A stretch of DNA of 64,000 nt from Mayamaea pseudoterrestris (Eukaryota), in the NCBI GenBank assembly GCA_027923505.1, contig BROI01000026.1, positions 62,001-126,000 of the forward strand, written 5' to 3'. The notes beneath the pieces are model-generated. The model worked only from the letters and a program-made list of their open reading frames with translations, had not been told where the DNA came from and ran no database searches. The translations under genes were made by a program, and so were the position numbers. How positions within the stretch are numbered: position 1 is the stretch's first letter; every line of letters begins with the position of its first letter. This document shows positions 22,501-32,359 of this stretch, piece after piece.

Positions 22501-23626
22501 TTGTTGATTGAGCCTCCTTCAGTTTGACGTTTCTTTTGACATTCCTCGGTTTGACGATTCTCTTGGCCAGTCTTTTTCTTTCCGTTGTGCCGAATCCCCT
22601 CCGAACCAGCCAAATCTACCAAGTCCAGCGTCGAAACTCGCTTTAATGGGCCTCCTACTGAATCTTGGCTCTGCTGGCTATCCTCGCCTTCGTCGTCATC
22701 AGTTTGACTTTCGATTGTGATGCGAAAGATAGTGTGGCTGCGAGACGAGCGTTGATTCATGTTGGTCTTGGCAAACTGTCGAGATTTCTCACCGATCGCC
22801 AATAGCTCAAGTAGACTGTCGAAATCGTCGACGCTTTCTTCCTTTGCATCTTGTACAAAAACGCGGCGATTTTGATCTTCTCGTACTTGGAGCGTCTTCG
22901 AATCGGGCGATAGTAGATCACGAATTTCTTCATTGTAAACTTCTAAAAAGCTCACTCGGACTGAGAAGATGCGCTCCGGTGTGCTCTGAATGTGCTGGAA
23001 TATGTCTGATGCCGCCATGTGAATGATTCCTCCTCGCTTCGTTGCGGTTCCGTCGGCAATCGTGCCGGAGCCTTGCATAGTAAAGGTCTTGCCAGAGCTA
23101 GTTTGGCCGTACGTCATGATAGCGCCATTAAACCCCGAAAGAGATGACGTGACAATTGACTTGGCGACAGCCTCGTAAACGTCTTCCGTGGTAGCCTCTC
23201 CGTCAAAGGCCTTGTGGAACTCAAAAACAGCTCCGTCCTCCTTGAGCATGACCGTATTGGCGTCAGTGTCAACTTGCCAGACACTTTCATCTTCCTTGCC
23301 ACACAGTGGACGCATGCGAATGGCCACTGTCAATGTAGCGAGTCGACGGAGGGCATGTGAGGTGCGATTTTGAGGAGAATGGGAGTCGAGTGTTGTTGAC
23401 TGTCATATGTCAAGCATACCACTTTTCGATACACTGCCAGCTTCATTCTCTTACCCTTTACAGGTTCCTCTCCCATCGAGAAGTCAACTTTGCGAGATTT
23501 CTTTGCTGTTGTCAGCCGTCGATGTGGTGTTTTGGCTCGCATCGTGGATGACAGGTATCGATGCTTCGGAGTCGTCATCGACGTCCGTGCCGACACTGCA
23601 GCCGGCTTCTTTGGCGTCTTGTACAT
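19586..23626 (-). CDS. Kinesin motor protein (kinesin-7/CENP-E-like); introns 23327-23454 and 22422-22497
   Basis: Splicing gives EEPVKVAIRMRPL, YGQTSSGKT, SFLEVYNE, NQRSSRSH, DLAGSE, INKSLLAL, YRDSKLTRVLQPSLSGN, followed by coiled coil. Confidence 0.93.
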
Positions 23627-23699
23627 TTTCAAGTAGAATCTACAGGTGTTTTGTCTTCCTAAGGGTTGGTGGATCAGGTCTGAAGGTATGCCGATGCCT

Positions 23700-23780
23700 T
23701 GTTGCTTGGAGAGTTTGTGATGCGATGCTGGTTTTGTCGTTGTTGCTTGGAGAGTTTGTGATGCGATGCTGGTTTTGTCG
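23700..23780. repeat. ~41-bp tandem duplication upstream of kinesin start
   Basis: TGTTGCTTGGAGAGTTTGTGATGCGATGCTGGTTTTGTCG x2. Confidence 0.88.
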
Positions 23781-24062
23781 GATTTATGCGTGACATTCAT
23801 CGCGAGCCGGCGGAGCAAATGATACCTTTTGCTGAATGGAGACTTGGCTATGTTTTTCGCCATTTAAATTATCGTCGTAGCGGTACTGCAAGCTTCTGCC
23901 TCCGATTCCCTCCGCGATCTTTCGCAAAAGATCCGAGCACTACTCAGATATAGACTTATCGAAGTGCAACCGTTTACATAACTTTTCATATATCAGTAAC
24001 AACATATATCGATTTGCTTTCGTTTTCCAGTCACGTCTGCTACATTTAGTCATTCACTTTGC

Positions 24063-25901
24063 CTATGCATCATAATCCTGCGACTGCGATGACAGCGGCG
24101 CATCGCTCAATCGCAAGTACTCCCTAGTAACCGCATCCATGTGTTTGTTGACAAAGCCTTCAGCCAATAGCGCACCCACGTGTTGCTCGAGGCGTTCTCG
24201 AAAGGTTTCCCATGGTTCACTGTCGTTAAAAACGTGTTGGACGGCATGCATCAATTGTTCATGTGAAAGTCCAACAAGACCAGACTCATCGTGGCCGCGT
24301 TCATAAGAACTTCGATTCTTTGCAGAGGTAAATGGCGGCAGTATAGTGGTAGCTCTCATGTCGCTAGCACGGCGATGATTGGCGTTGTTGCTCCGGCGGC
24401 GTAGCGGTGGAATATGGGAGGAAGGTGACTGTGACATGGACTCCTCGTTCAGGTGAGGCTCAGTACGACTCGATGGGTTTGCTGCCGCAATATTGGATGG
24501 TGGCGACTGTGACATGGATTCCTCGTTTAAATGAGGTTCAGAATAAATCGATGAATTTGCTGCCGCAATATGGGATGGAGGCGACTGTGACATGGACTCC
24601 TCGTTCAGGTGAGGCTCAGGATAAATCGATGGATTTGCTGTCGCAATATGGGATGGAGGCGACTGTGACATGGAATCCTCGTTGAGATGAGACTCAGAAC
24701 GACTCGATGGCTTTGCCGCCGCGTAGCTCTTTAATGTCGCATCAGAATCCTCCGCACCTCTTGCCGCCATTTTATATCCAGCGACAGCAGCAGCAACTGC
24801 TTCCTCCGCCGTCGCCTGGCTGCTGCTAGGTTGCGTCATGGTGAGCATGGTCGACAACTTGTTGGCGTCATCGTTCAGCCAGTCTCCATCCGAGTCTTCA
24901 TCATCGTCGAGATCATGTGCAATGCTTTGACCGACTTTCTTGTCAGCCATGTCCGTTTCCGATGCACTCAATCCGCTGCTGGCGGCGACAGAATCATCGT
25001 CATTTTCGTCGCGTCCGCCATGACCCACTGATGCATGTCCACTAGCGGTATTCGTTTCATGTTGCCAATTGGTTGCATGACTGTGAGCAAATGCTTGTTG
25101 ACGCTGAAAAGCAATGCTGGTGGTGGCGTCGCGTTGCATCGCAGAAGAATGACACGTCTTGCGGGCTGTCACGGGGCGCTTGCGGCCCGGCGCAGCATGG
25201 GCCGTCTGACTTGCGCGTCCACTTGCAGTTGTCGTCGCTCGTTGACGCGTCGCGTCTGCATCAAAAGACGCCGCTGCGTCAATACCATGGAAGTGATTCG
25301 CCGTGGCCTGCGGCTGCGTCTTGATGCGCTTGCCAAACCGACGGTTCCAGTTTTCTGCCGCCGTAGAAGTCTCCTGCTTGACGCGCCGCTCCAAAGCAGC
25401 ATCCGCTTCCTGCGGCGTTCGACGCGCCCGACGACGAGGACGATTGGAGGTCGTTGCGTTGGTATCATTATTGTCATTGTCGTCGTCCGTCTTTAAAAGA
25501 GTTTCCTCAAACGTCTTGACACGATCAGCTTCCACGTAAAACTCTCTATCGTTGCTCTGGTACCGGACCAACACCAGAGACTCGCCCTCATCACTGACTT
25601 TGGTAGCCAATTCCATCTGCTGCTGCATCACTTTAACGTCGCCTGCCGCTTGATCCAAGCGCATGGGTTTATCTATGTTGTCAATCACCAAATTGGCTGG
25701 ATGGTAAGTCTTGCCATGCAACACATAGACGAGCGCTCCCAATGGCTTGCGTTTGCGACGCTTCATTTGCAATTGATGCGTGGAGGAAGATACAGAGTCG
25801 GGCTGCAAGTTGTTATTGTTGCTGTTGTTGCTGTCGGTGCTTGATGTGGAATCGGCTTTTCCTGCTGCGGCTGCCTGTCGGTCGTCGTTGCGAGGAGGCA
25901 T
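24063..25901 (-). CDS. Hypothetical protein, probably nuclear; N-terminal beta-barrel-like motif, four 25-aa repeats, short helical C-terminus
   Basis: 612-aa ORF, NLS-like KRRKRK, repeats EPHLNEESMSQSPPSHIA(A/T)AN (75-bp period, ~24415-24720). Confidence 0.7.
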   Translation of the reverse strand: MPPRNDDRQAAAAGKADSTSSTDSNNSNNNNLQPDSVSSSTHQLQMKRRKRKPLGALVYVLHGKTYHPANLVIDNIDKPMRLDQAAGDVKVMQQQMELATKVSDEGESLVLVRYQSNDREFYVEADRVKTFEETLLKTDDDNDNNDTNATTSNRPRRRARRTPQEADAALERRVKQETSTAAENWNRRFGKRIKTQPQATANHFHGIDAAASFDADATRQRATTTASGRASQTAHAAPGRKRPVTARKTCHSSAMQRDATTSIAFQRQQAFAHSHATNWQHETNTASGHASVGHGGRDENDDDSVAASSGLSASETDMADKKVGQSIAHDLDDDEDSDGDWLNDDANKLSTMLTMTQPSSSQATAEEAVAAAVAGYKMAARGAEDSDATLKSYAAAKPSSRSESHLNEDSMSQSPPSHIATANPSIYPEPHLNEESMSQSPPSHIAAANSSIYSEPHLNEESMSQSPPSNIAAANPSSRTEPHLNEESMSQSPSSHIPPLRRRSNNANHRRASDMRATTILPPFTSAKNRSSYERGHDESGLVGLSHEQLMHAVQHVFNDSEPWETFRERLEQHVGALLAEGFVNKHMDAVTREYLRLSDAPLSSQSQDYDA

Positions 25902-26523
25902 GCTGCTTGAATCAAAATCAAAAGCTATGCAATGTCTTATAAGCGATACAGCTTGTTAGGTTTGTTCCTACAGGACAATGTAGTAAAAGGTACGCGTAGT
26001 AGCGACGAAAGCGTTGATGCAACATCAGATCGCGCCATGGTGAAACCAATCGCACGCGCCGTCGGATCGTGCGCGCCGGCCTCGCCAGATTGGGATCGTA
26101 GCGGTACTGGCTTCCTTTCTCGTTTCGAAACGCACACGATGATGTTGCTTGCTATGTATACAACAGCTATACGAGGACTCGTTTGATGACTATGTGGGAT
26201 GCATCCAAAGACGTCGGTGGGTTTATCTTTAACTTCAAAACACGCAAATTGACGATTCAGCGGCCGGCAACGCGTCGCGACCTTGCCTTGCGTCTTGCGC
26301 ACCTCCATTGGCCACGTGGACGAAAGCAATCGCAATCGCACCTCCAAACTCGTTCTCCAATGCTCCGCTTACATCGTGATGGGCGTCCATCACGGTGCTA
26401 GTGCCAGCGTGGAAGGTAATGTAGGATTGGAGTCGACGACTCTTTCATTCACTCCTTGCTTCAAAAGCAGCACCTCTTGAACATACCCGGTAGATCCCAG
26501 ACTTGAATCCACAGCAATACACC

Positions 26524-26994
26524 ATGAATAATACCGCCGCAGGAGCAGCCACGGACGGACGCAAGTCAGTATCAGAATTGAAGCGTTGGTTGGAACGCTT
26601 TGGAGAACGCAATCAGCAGCATTTTCAAGTCAATCAGGTTGGCGTCCGCCGCGCTCGAAGCATTCAGCGGCGCATTGAAAAGTTTGAGAATCGATGCAAG
26701 GGCGACAAGGAAATAGTCGTTGCCGCTAGTAGCAGCTTTGACAAGACGTTACGCATTAGTCGATCTGGAGCTGAGTTAAAAAAGGAGTTGTCACTGAGCA
26801 GCAGCGACGATGAGCAAGGTGCCACGGCACTTTTGGTAGAGGACGAACTTTTGGGGCCTGTCATCGAACCGACTCCAAATACAGACGCCCAATGGCTTGC
26901 GTTTGCGACGCTTCATTTGCAATTGATGCGTGGAGGAAGATACAGAGTCGGGCTGCAAGTTGTTATTGTTGCTGTTGTTGCTGTCGGTGCTTGA
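26524..26994 (+). pseudogene. Truncated 5' copy of the 27679-29640 gene
   Basis: First ~120 codons match the full gene, then run into the antisense of the neighbouring gene fragment. Confidence 0.75.
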
Positions 26995-27051
26995 TGTGGA
27001 ATCGGCTTTTCCTGCTGCGGCTGCCTGTCGGTCGTCGTTGCGAGGAGGCAT
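26791..27051 (-). pseudogene. Truncated 5' copy of the 24063-25901 gene
   Basis: MPPRNDDRQ...KRKPLG identical to the full gene, then diverges at junction ~26888. Confidence 0.75.
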
Positions 27052-27678
27052 GCTGCTTGAATCAAAATCAAAAGCTATGCAATGTCTTATAAGCAATACA
27101 GCTTGTTAGGTTTGTTCCTACAGGTAATGTAGTCAAAAAGTACGCGCAATGCTATGAAAGCGTTGATGCAGAATCAACCCGCCATGGTGAAACCAATCGC
27201 ACGAGCCGTCGGATGTTATGCGCGCCGGCCTCGCCAGCATTGGATCGTAGCGGTACTGCCGATTTCCCTTCTCGTCTCGAAACGCACACGATTGATGTTG
27301 CTTGCTATGTATACAACAGCTATACGAGGACTCGTTTGATGACTATGTGTGATGCATCCAAAGACGTCGGTGGGGTTTATCTTTAACTTTAAAACACGCA
27401 AATTGACGATTCAGGGGCCGGCAACGCGTCGCGACCTTGCCTTGCGTCTTGCGTACCTCCTTGGCAACGTGGGACGAAACAATCGCAAACGCACCTCTCC
27501 AGACTCGTTCTCCAATGCTCCGCTTACATCGTGATGGGCGTCCATCACGGTGCTAGTTCCCGCGTGGAAGGTAATGTAGGATGGGAGTCGACGACTCTTT
27601 CATTCACTCCTTGGTTCGAAAGCAGCACCTCTTGAACATAGTCGGTATATCCCAGACTTGAATCCACAGCAATACACC

Positions 27679-29640
27679 ATGAGTAATACCGCAGGTGCAA
27701 CAACGGACGGACGCAAGTCAGTATCAGAATTGAAGCGTTGGCTGGAACGCTTTGGAGAACGCAATCAGCAGCATTTTCAAGTCAATCAGGTTGGCGTCCG
27801 CCGCGCTCGAAGCATTCAGCGGCGCATTGAAAAGTTTGAGAATCGATGCAAGGGTGACAAGGAAATAGTCGTTGCCGCTAGTAGCAGCTTTGACAAGACG
27901 TTGCGCGTCAGTCGATCTGGAGCTGAATTAGTAAAGGTTGTGTCACTGAGCGGCAGTGACGATGAGCAATGTGCCACGGCACCGTTGGTGGAGGACAAAC
28001 CTTTGGTGTCTGTCATCGAACCGACTCCAAATACAGACGCAGACTCGATCGGTAATGCCATTCCCAAAGAGCCACTGGTGAAGCAGATTGAGCCTGACAC
28101 TTGCAATCCAGTTAAGACAGAACTGACGCAGGATCCAGTCGAGAGCTTTGACGAAATGTACACTTCGTCACTCGAAGCCTTTGAGGAGACGTGCTCGTCG
28201 GCAGAGTCGGAGGTTGAAGTATTTGAGCAAGAGGAAGCTATTGAGACAGTTTCGACAAAGCCAGTCTTTCGCGACTTTTCTAACTTTAAGTTTCGATCGA
28301 CGGTCCTTCAATGTGCAAGCTCGGACGATGATTGCGACGACGAGCCCACGTACAGCAGCAATGTTCGCGCCACAACCAAGGAGGCTTCAGTTCACAAACA
28401 CAAGCACCAAAATTACATGGTGGTTGGTTCCGAAGGTAGCAGTTTTGCCGCTCAACCGCGTTCTTGGGAGGAGCTTGACGTCTTTCCGTCGCACTCGTGG
28501 GAGGAAGAGGAGGACGAGTACGATAAAGCTCCCAAGTGGCACCCAAATGCGCTGCCGCAAGTCCTTCACGACAAGAGGACGTCTGACTTGATTGGTGATT
28601 TGGCTTTTGATGGGTTTGAGGATGCGTCATCGGTCGGTGTACGTCAAGGCGCAAATGTTGGCTCTTTCCGCAAGTTCACCGACGGAGCCAAAACGTTGGT
28701 CGGTCGGCGTCACAAGAGCACCAGGGCCATGACCGAAAAGTCGTCGTCGACCAATCCACCGGTAGCGACATCTACCATTCACCGGCGAATTCCTCGTTTG
28801 CTTGGCAAAGCTGGCAAGAACCAAGGAGCTTCGTCTACGATTGGCAGCGAATCATCGCAGCCCATCACTCCTTCACCAGCACCAAGTGAATTAGCACCAC
28901 TCGTCACCACAAGCATGTACAATGCGACCATTTGTCCCTCGGATTTGCTGACCTCGAGCAGTCTTGAGTATTTGTGCAATGGAACGTATCCGAGCAACGA
29001 CGCTGCATCGCACTCGAGCTTGGAACAAGATTCAAACACAGTTTCAACTTGGAGCGAAGACAGTGCGCTGCCGTCCATCTTGCCCGACGCCTTGGACTAC
29101 AGCATGAGTCGCATGTTTGCCTCGTCATCGTCGCAAGAAAATGAACACCCAGCGTTGACGATTAGTGATCATGATCAGTATGGATACTCCAACCGCACTC
29201 GCCGACGCAAGGATCTTCCGCCTCCAATCCTTGAAGTATCCACCATGGAGGAAGCGGATGACACTTCCGTGCGTGCATGTCATTCACAGGAAGAGTCGAA
29301 CCGTCCAAATCTTGGTGAGCTTGTTTTAAAGTCAAGCTCCTTTCCTAATCTTATGCCCAGTGATAAGCGGTCGACGAATGCAGTGACACTGACAGTTGTC
29401 GCTGAAAATGGAACTGTTTCGGATGCAGTATGCAAACCCAAGACTCTTGCTGCAGCTCACTCCTTTGATTCTCCAGAGCGCGACCAGGAAAACAATAAAC
29501 CGTTTTCGCAAGTACAAAAAGTCAAGATTGTCTTGGAGCAGCAGTGGGCGGCTGCCAAGGAACCCGTCCATGTGAAGAAGGTGCAGTGGGCGTTGGATCG
29601 CAAGACGGGTGGCTACAAGAAGAAGATTGTCTTGATTTGA
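27679..29640 (+). CDS. Hypothetical disordered protein with conserved terminal motifs
   Basis: ~650-aa ORF; N-terminal KSVSELKRWLERFG...QHF and C-terminal VKKVQW...GGYKKK. Confidence 0.7.
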   Translation: MSNTAGATTDGRKSVSELKRWLERFGERNQQHFQVNQVGVRRARSIQRRIEKFENRCKGDKEIVVAASSSFDKTLRVSRSGAELVKVVSLSGSDDEQCATAPLVEDKPLVSVIEPTPNTDADSIGNAIPKEPLVKQIEPDTCNPVKTELTQDPVESFDEMYTSSLEAFEETCSSAESEVEVFEQEEAIETVSTKPVFRDFSNFKFRSTVLQCASSDDDCDDEPTYSSNVRATTKEASVHKHKHQNYMVVGSEGSSFAAQPRSWEELDVFPSHSWEEEEDEYDKAPKWHPNALPQVLHDKRTSDLIGDLAFDGFEDASSVGVRQGANVGSFRKFTDGAKTLVGRRHKSTRAMTEKSSSTNPPVATSTIHRRIPRLLGKAGKNQGASSTIGSESSQPITPSPAPSELAPLVTTSMYNATICPSDLLTSSSLEYLCNGTYPSNDAASHSSLEQDSNTVSTWSEDSALPSILPDALDYSMSRMFASSSSQENEHPALTISDHDQYGYSNRTRRRKDLPPPILEVSTMEEADDTSVRACHSQEESNRPNLGELVLKSSSFPNLMPSDKRSTNAVTLTVVAENGTVSDAVCKPKTLAAAHSFDSPERDQENNKPFSQVQKVKIVLEQQWAAAKEPVHVKKVQWALDRKTGGYKKKIVLI

Positions 29641-29843
29641 CATTGTTGCTTTGTTTTGTCGCGTGCGTAATGGGCAAACGTCTCGACGAGTGTCAATTGA
29701 ATGCTTATTGGTGAGCATTACCTTTCGATTTATAGTGTAATCAGCAAACGCGTCCTATCGCGTATAACTTGCATCACTATAGCTTATTTTGACGCCATTC
29801 GCCGTCGTCTCATTGCTGTAGTAGACTCCCTTCTCTTTGTCTG

Positions 29844-30404
29844 CTAGCATTTAAGATTGAAGCTTCGTCCATAGCCCAAGTCGCGAAAGACACTGCACGA
29901 AGTAACCTTTCCATTAACGACTTGCGCTTTGACTTGTCCCACCATTGTGCCTCTCCCTTCACTCTTGTTAGACTGTCCCAAACCAAACGGCAGCGGCACA
30001 GAGCTGCGACCAAATCCTCCCTTTTGAAAGGATGCATTGAATCGCAGCAGCAATGTTCCCGGTGATGGACTGCCAAAGCCTAGTACATTATTCACCTTCT
30101 GGAGCCGACCGAGCTCATTTTCGGCAGTCTTGTCTCTGCGTAGGGCCGCAACAACCACGTCAATACCCTTTTGCGCTTCCTGTTGTGATATTGGAGTTGC
30201 TGATAAAAAAGTTGTGGACTGTCTTCCTCGTTGTTGGTTGGAATGATGAGTGAGTGATGTTGAAGGCATTTGAGCGAATCGATCCGACTTTGGACTCATC
30301 CTACGAGAAGATGATAGATTTTTTGTAACGGAAAATGCAAGAGTCTGTACCATCATTAATGATAGTATCATGGACTGTATACAGCATCTCGAGGTTGGTT
30401 TCAT
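29844..30404 (-). CDS. Hypothetical protein with bipartite plastid-type leader
   Basis: Signal peptide ending TLA-FS, Ser/Arg-rich transit peptide, compact basic domain (RFNASFQK...VFRDLGYGRSFNL). Confidence 0.7.
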   Translation of the reverse strand: MKPTSRCCIQSMILSLMMVQTLAFSVTKNLSSSRRMSPKSDRFAQMPSTSLTHHSNQQRGRQSTTFLSATPISQQEAQKGIDVVVAALRRDKTAENELGRLQKVNNVLGFGSPSPGTLLLRFNASFQKGGFGRSSVPLPFGLGQSNKSEGRGTMVGQVKAQVVNGKVTSCSVFRDLGYGRSFNLKC

Positions 30405-30765
30405 TGCGATAGGAAATGTTCTACGGCAATGGCAATGGAAACAATGTGGATAAAAATCTGGATGATGTTGACAGTGAATCGAATGTCGGCATATGTGTCG
30501 TTCCGGTATTGAAATGATCGAACGTAACGTACGTCGTACGACGTATGTACGAGTCATTCGACGTACTGTACCGGTACGGGTACGTTCATCGATTGCGTCC
30601 TCGTCAAGACCCTAAAGAGTGTTTTAGTTGTTTATCTTTGAGCACCATGCACCATTTTTTCTTCTTGATTGTACTACAAGTAAGAGTAAAGGTATCACAC
30701 TGCGCGTAGATACATTAGTACACCCACCGTACTCATTATCAATATGACTACATTTTGAATGACAC

Positions 30766-30837
30766 TCCCCATTGGCGCAATGGTAGCGCGTTCGACTTCT
30801 AATCGAAAGGCTGCAAGTTCGAGTCCTGCATGGGGAA
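30766..30837 (+). tRNA. tRNA-Arg(TCT)
   Basis: Acceptor TCCCCAT/ATGGGGA, D arm GCGC/GCGC, anticodon arm TTCGA-CTTCTAA-TCGAA, T loop GTTCGAGTC, T-rich tract downstream. One A-C mismatch in the T stem. Confidence 0.9.
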
Positions 30838-31281
30838 CATTTGTTTTATAGAATCAACTTCAATTTTGCTTCCTCGGCATTACAGGGTTGCTTGAAAATT
30901 CCATGATGTAAAAGCTTGAGCCACAGCTTTTGACTTTGGCTGAGCTGCTCTCCACATCATGTGGACCAACATGCTTTAGGCAAGGCACCAACACACTTTA
31001 ATTGATAAGCTTTTTCCCTCCCCTGCCACTAGTGCAGTAGCTTTATGATGTTACTAGAACTTTTTGTTGTCATGACGCTGCCACTATCAGAAAAGCAGCT
31101 TGATGATGTTATAAGGCCACACACTGACACTGTAGCAACATGCTATGGAGCTGGTGACTGTGTGGATCTTTGCCCTCCCCAACAACTGATGCTACATGTC
31201 AGCAATGGTTGATCTGCACCAATTTCACCGCATATGTGTCCCCAAGCATAGCCAAAACAGAAATCATGGAGCAAGACTAAT

Positions 31282-31610
31282 TGACACAATATTATTGAGT
31301 TGAGTTGACCTGCGTCTTATGACAAGATGGTTAGCTACCTGTGTTTTGTATGCATTTAATCCTGTGCAGGGTTGAGTCACACTTGTGACCGAATCCTCAC
31401 ATACATGAGTGAAATCGCTGACGATCGAGGCGTGAACCTCGACCGTGAACCCAGTGAGAACGAGAAAGAAGCGCACGAGTAGAGTAGCGAGTAACATGCA
31501 CTATTCTAGCAATTGAGTTTGTTTGTTTGCTTTACGCTGGACGAAGAGGTTGATCGCTCCTAGTCCATTGTAGTCGCTGGAATAAAGGTTCGTCTGATAT
31601 TATCGTGTCA
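31282..31610 (+). repeat. LTR 1 (329 bp)
   Basis: TG...CA ends, AATAAA near 3' end. Confidence 0.96.
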
Positions 31611-31811
31611 GATTAACAGTCTTGCTAGCTTGTCTTGACCTGAGAGAGCTGTGCGAAAGAGAGAGAGTGAAAGAATCGAGAAATTGAGAGAGAAAGAGCA
31701 GATTCCTTGCGGCGTCGTCAATCCGAATACTTGACGCGAGCGCGTAGAACAGGATCGTATAAGGCTCGACTGCATTGAGAGCGGTTGTTGTGTGAGAAAG
31801 GACTTGCGGAA

Positions 31812-32140
31812 TGACACAATATTATTGAGTTGAGTTGACCTGCGTCTTATGACAAGATGGTTAGCTACCTGTGTTTTGTATGCATTTAATCCTGTGCAGG
31901 GTTGAGTCACACTTGTGACCGAATCCTCACATACATGAGTGAAATCGCTGACGATCGAGGCGTGAACCTCGACCGTGAACCCAGTGAGAACGAGAAAGAA
32001 GCGCACGAGTAGAGTAGCGAGTAACATGCACTATTCTAGCAATTGAGTTTGTTTGTTTGCTTTACGCTGGACGAAGAGGTTGATCGCTCCTAGTCCATTG
32101 TAGTCGCTGGAATAAAGGTTCGTCTGATATTATCGTGTCA
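31812..32140 (+). repeat. LTR 2 (329 bp)
   Basis: Appears identical to LTR 1. Confidence 0.96.
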
Positions 32141-32359
32141 GATTAACAGTCTTGCTAGCTTGTCTTGACCTGAGAGAGCTGTGCGAAAGAGAGAGAGTGA
32201 AAGAATCGAGAAATTGAGAGAGAAAGAGCAGATTCCTTGCGGCGTCGTCAATCCGAATACTTGACGCGAGCGCGTAGAACAGGATCGTATAAGGCTCGAC
32301 TGCATTGAGAGCGGTTGTTGTGTGAGAAAGGACTTGCGGAAAGCGAGGTATTCACTATC

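Larger units (their letters stand above)
25738..28040. repeat. Tandem duplication of a ~1.15-kb unit (25738-26887 / 26888-28040)
   Basis: Both units start CCCAATGGCTTGCGTTTGCG and end CCGACTCCAAATACAGACG. Confidence 0.93.

Noticed and set aside
30766..30837. Neighbouring tRNA-Arg as the retrotransposon primer
   Set aside because: Its anticodon arm would need GATTAGAAGTCGAA, but the observed PBS is GATTAACAGTCTTG.
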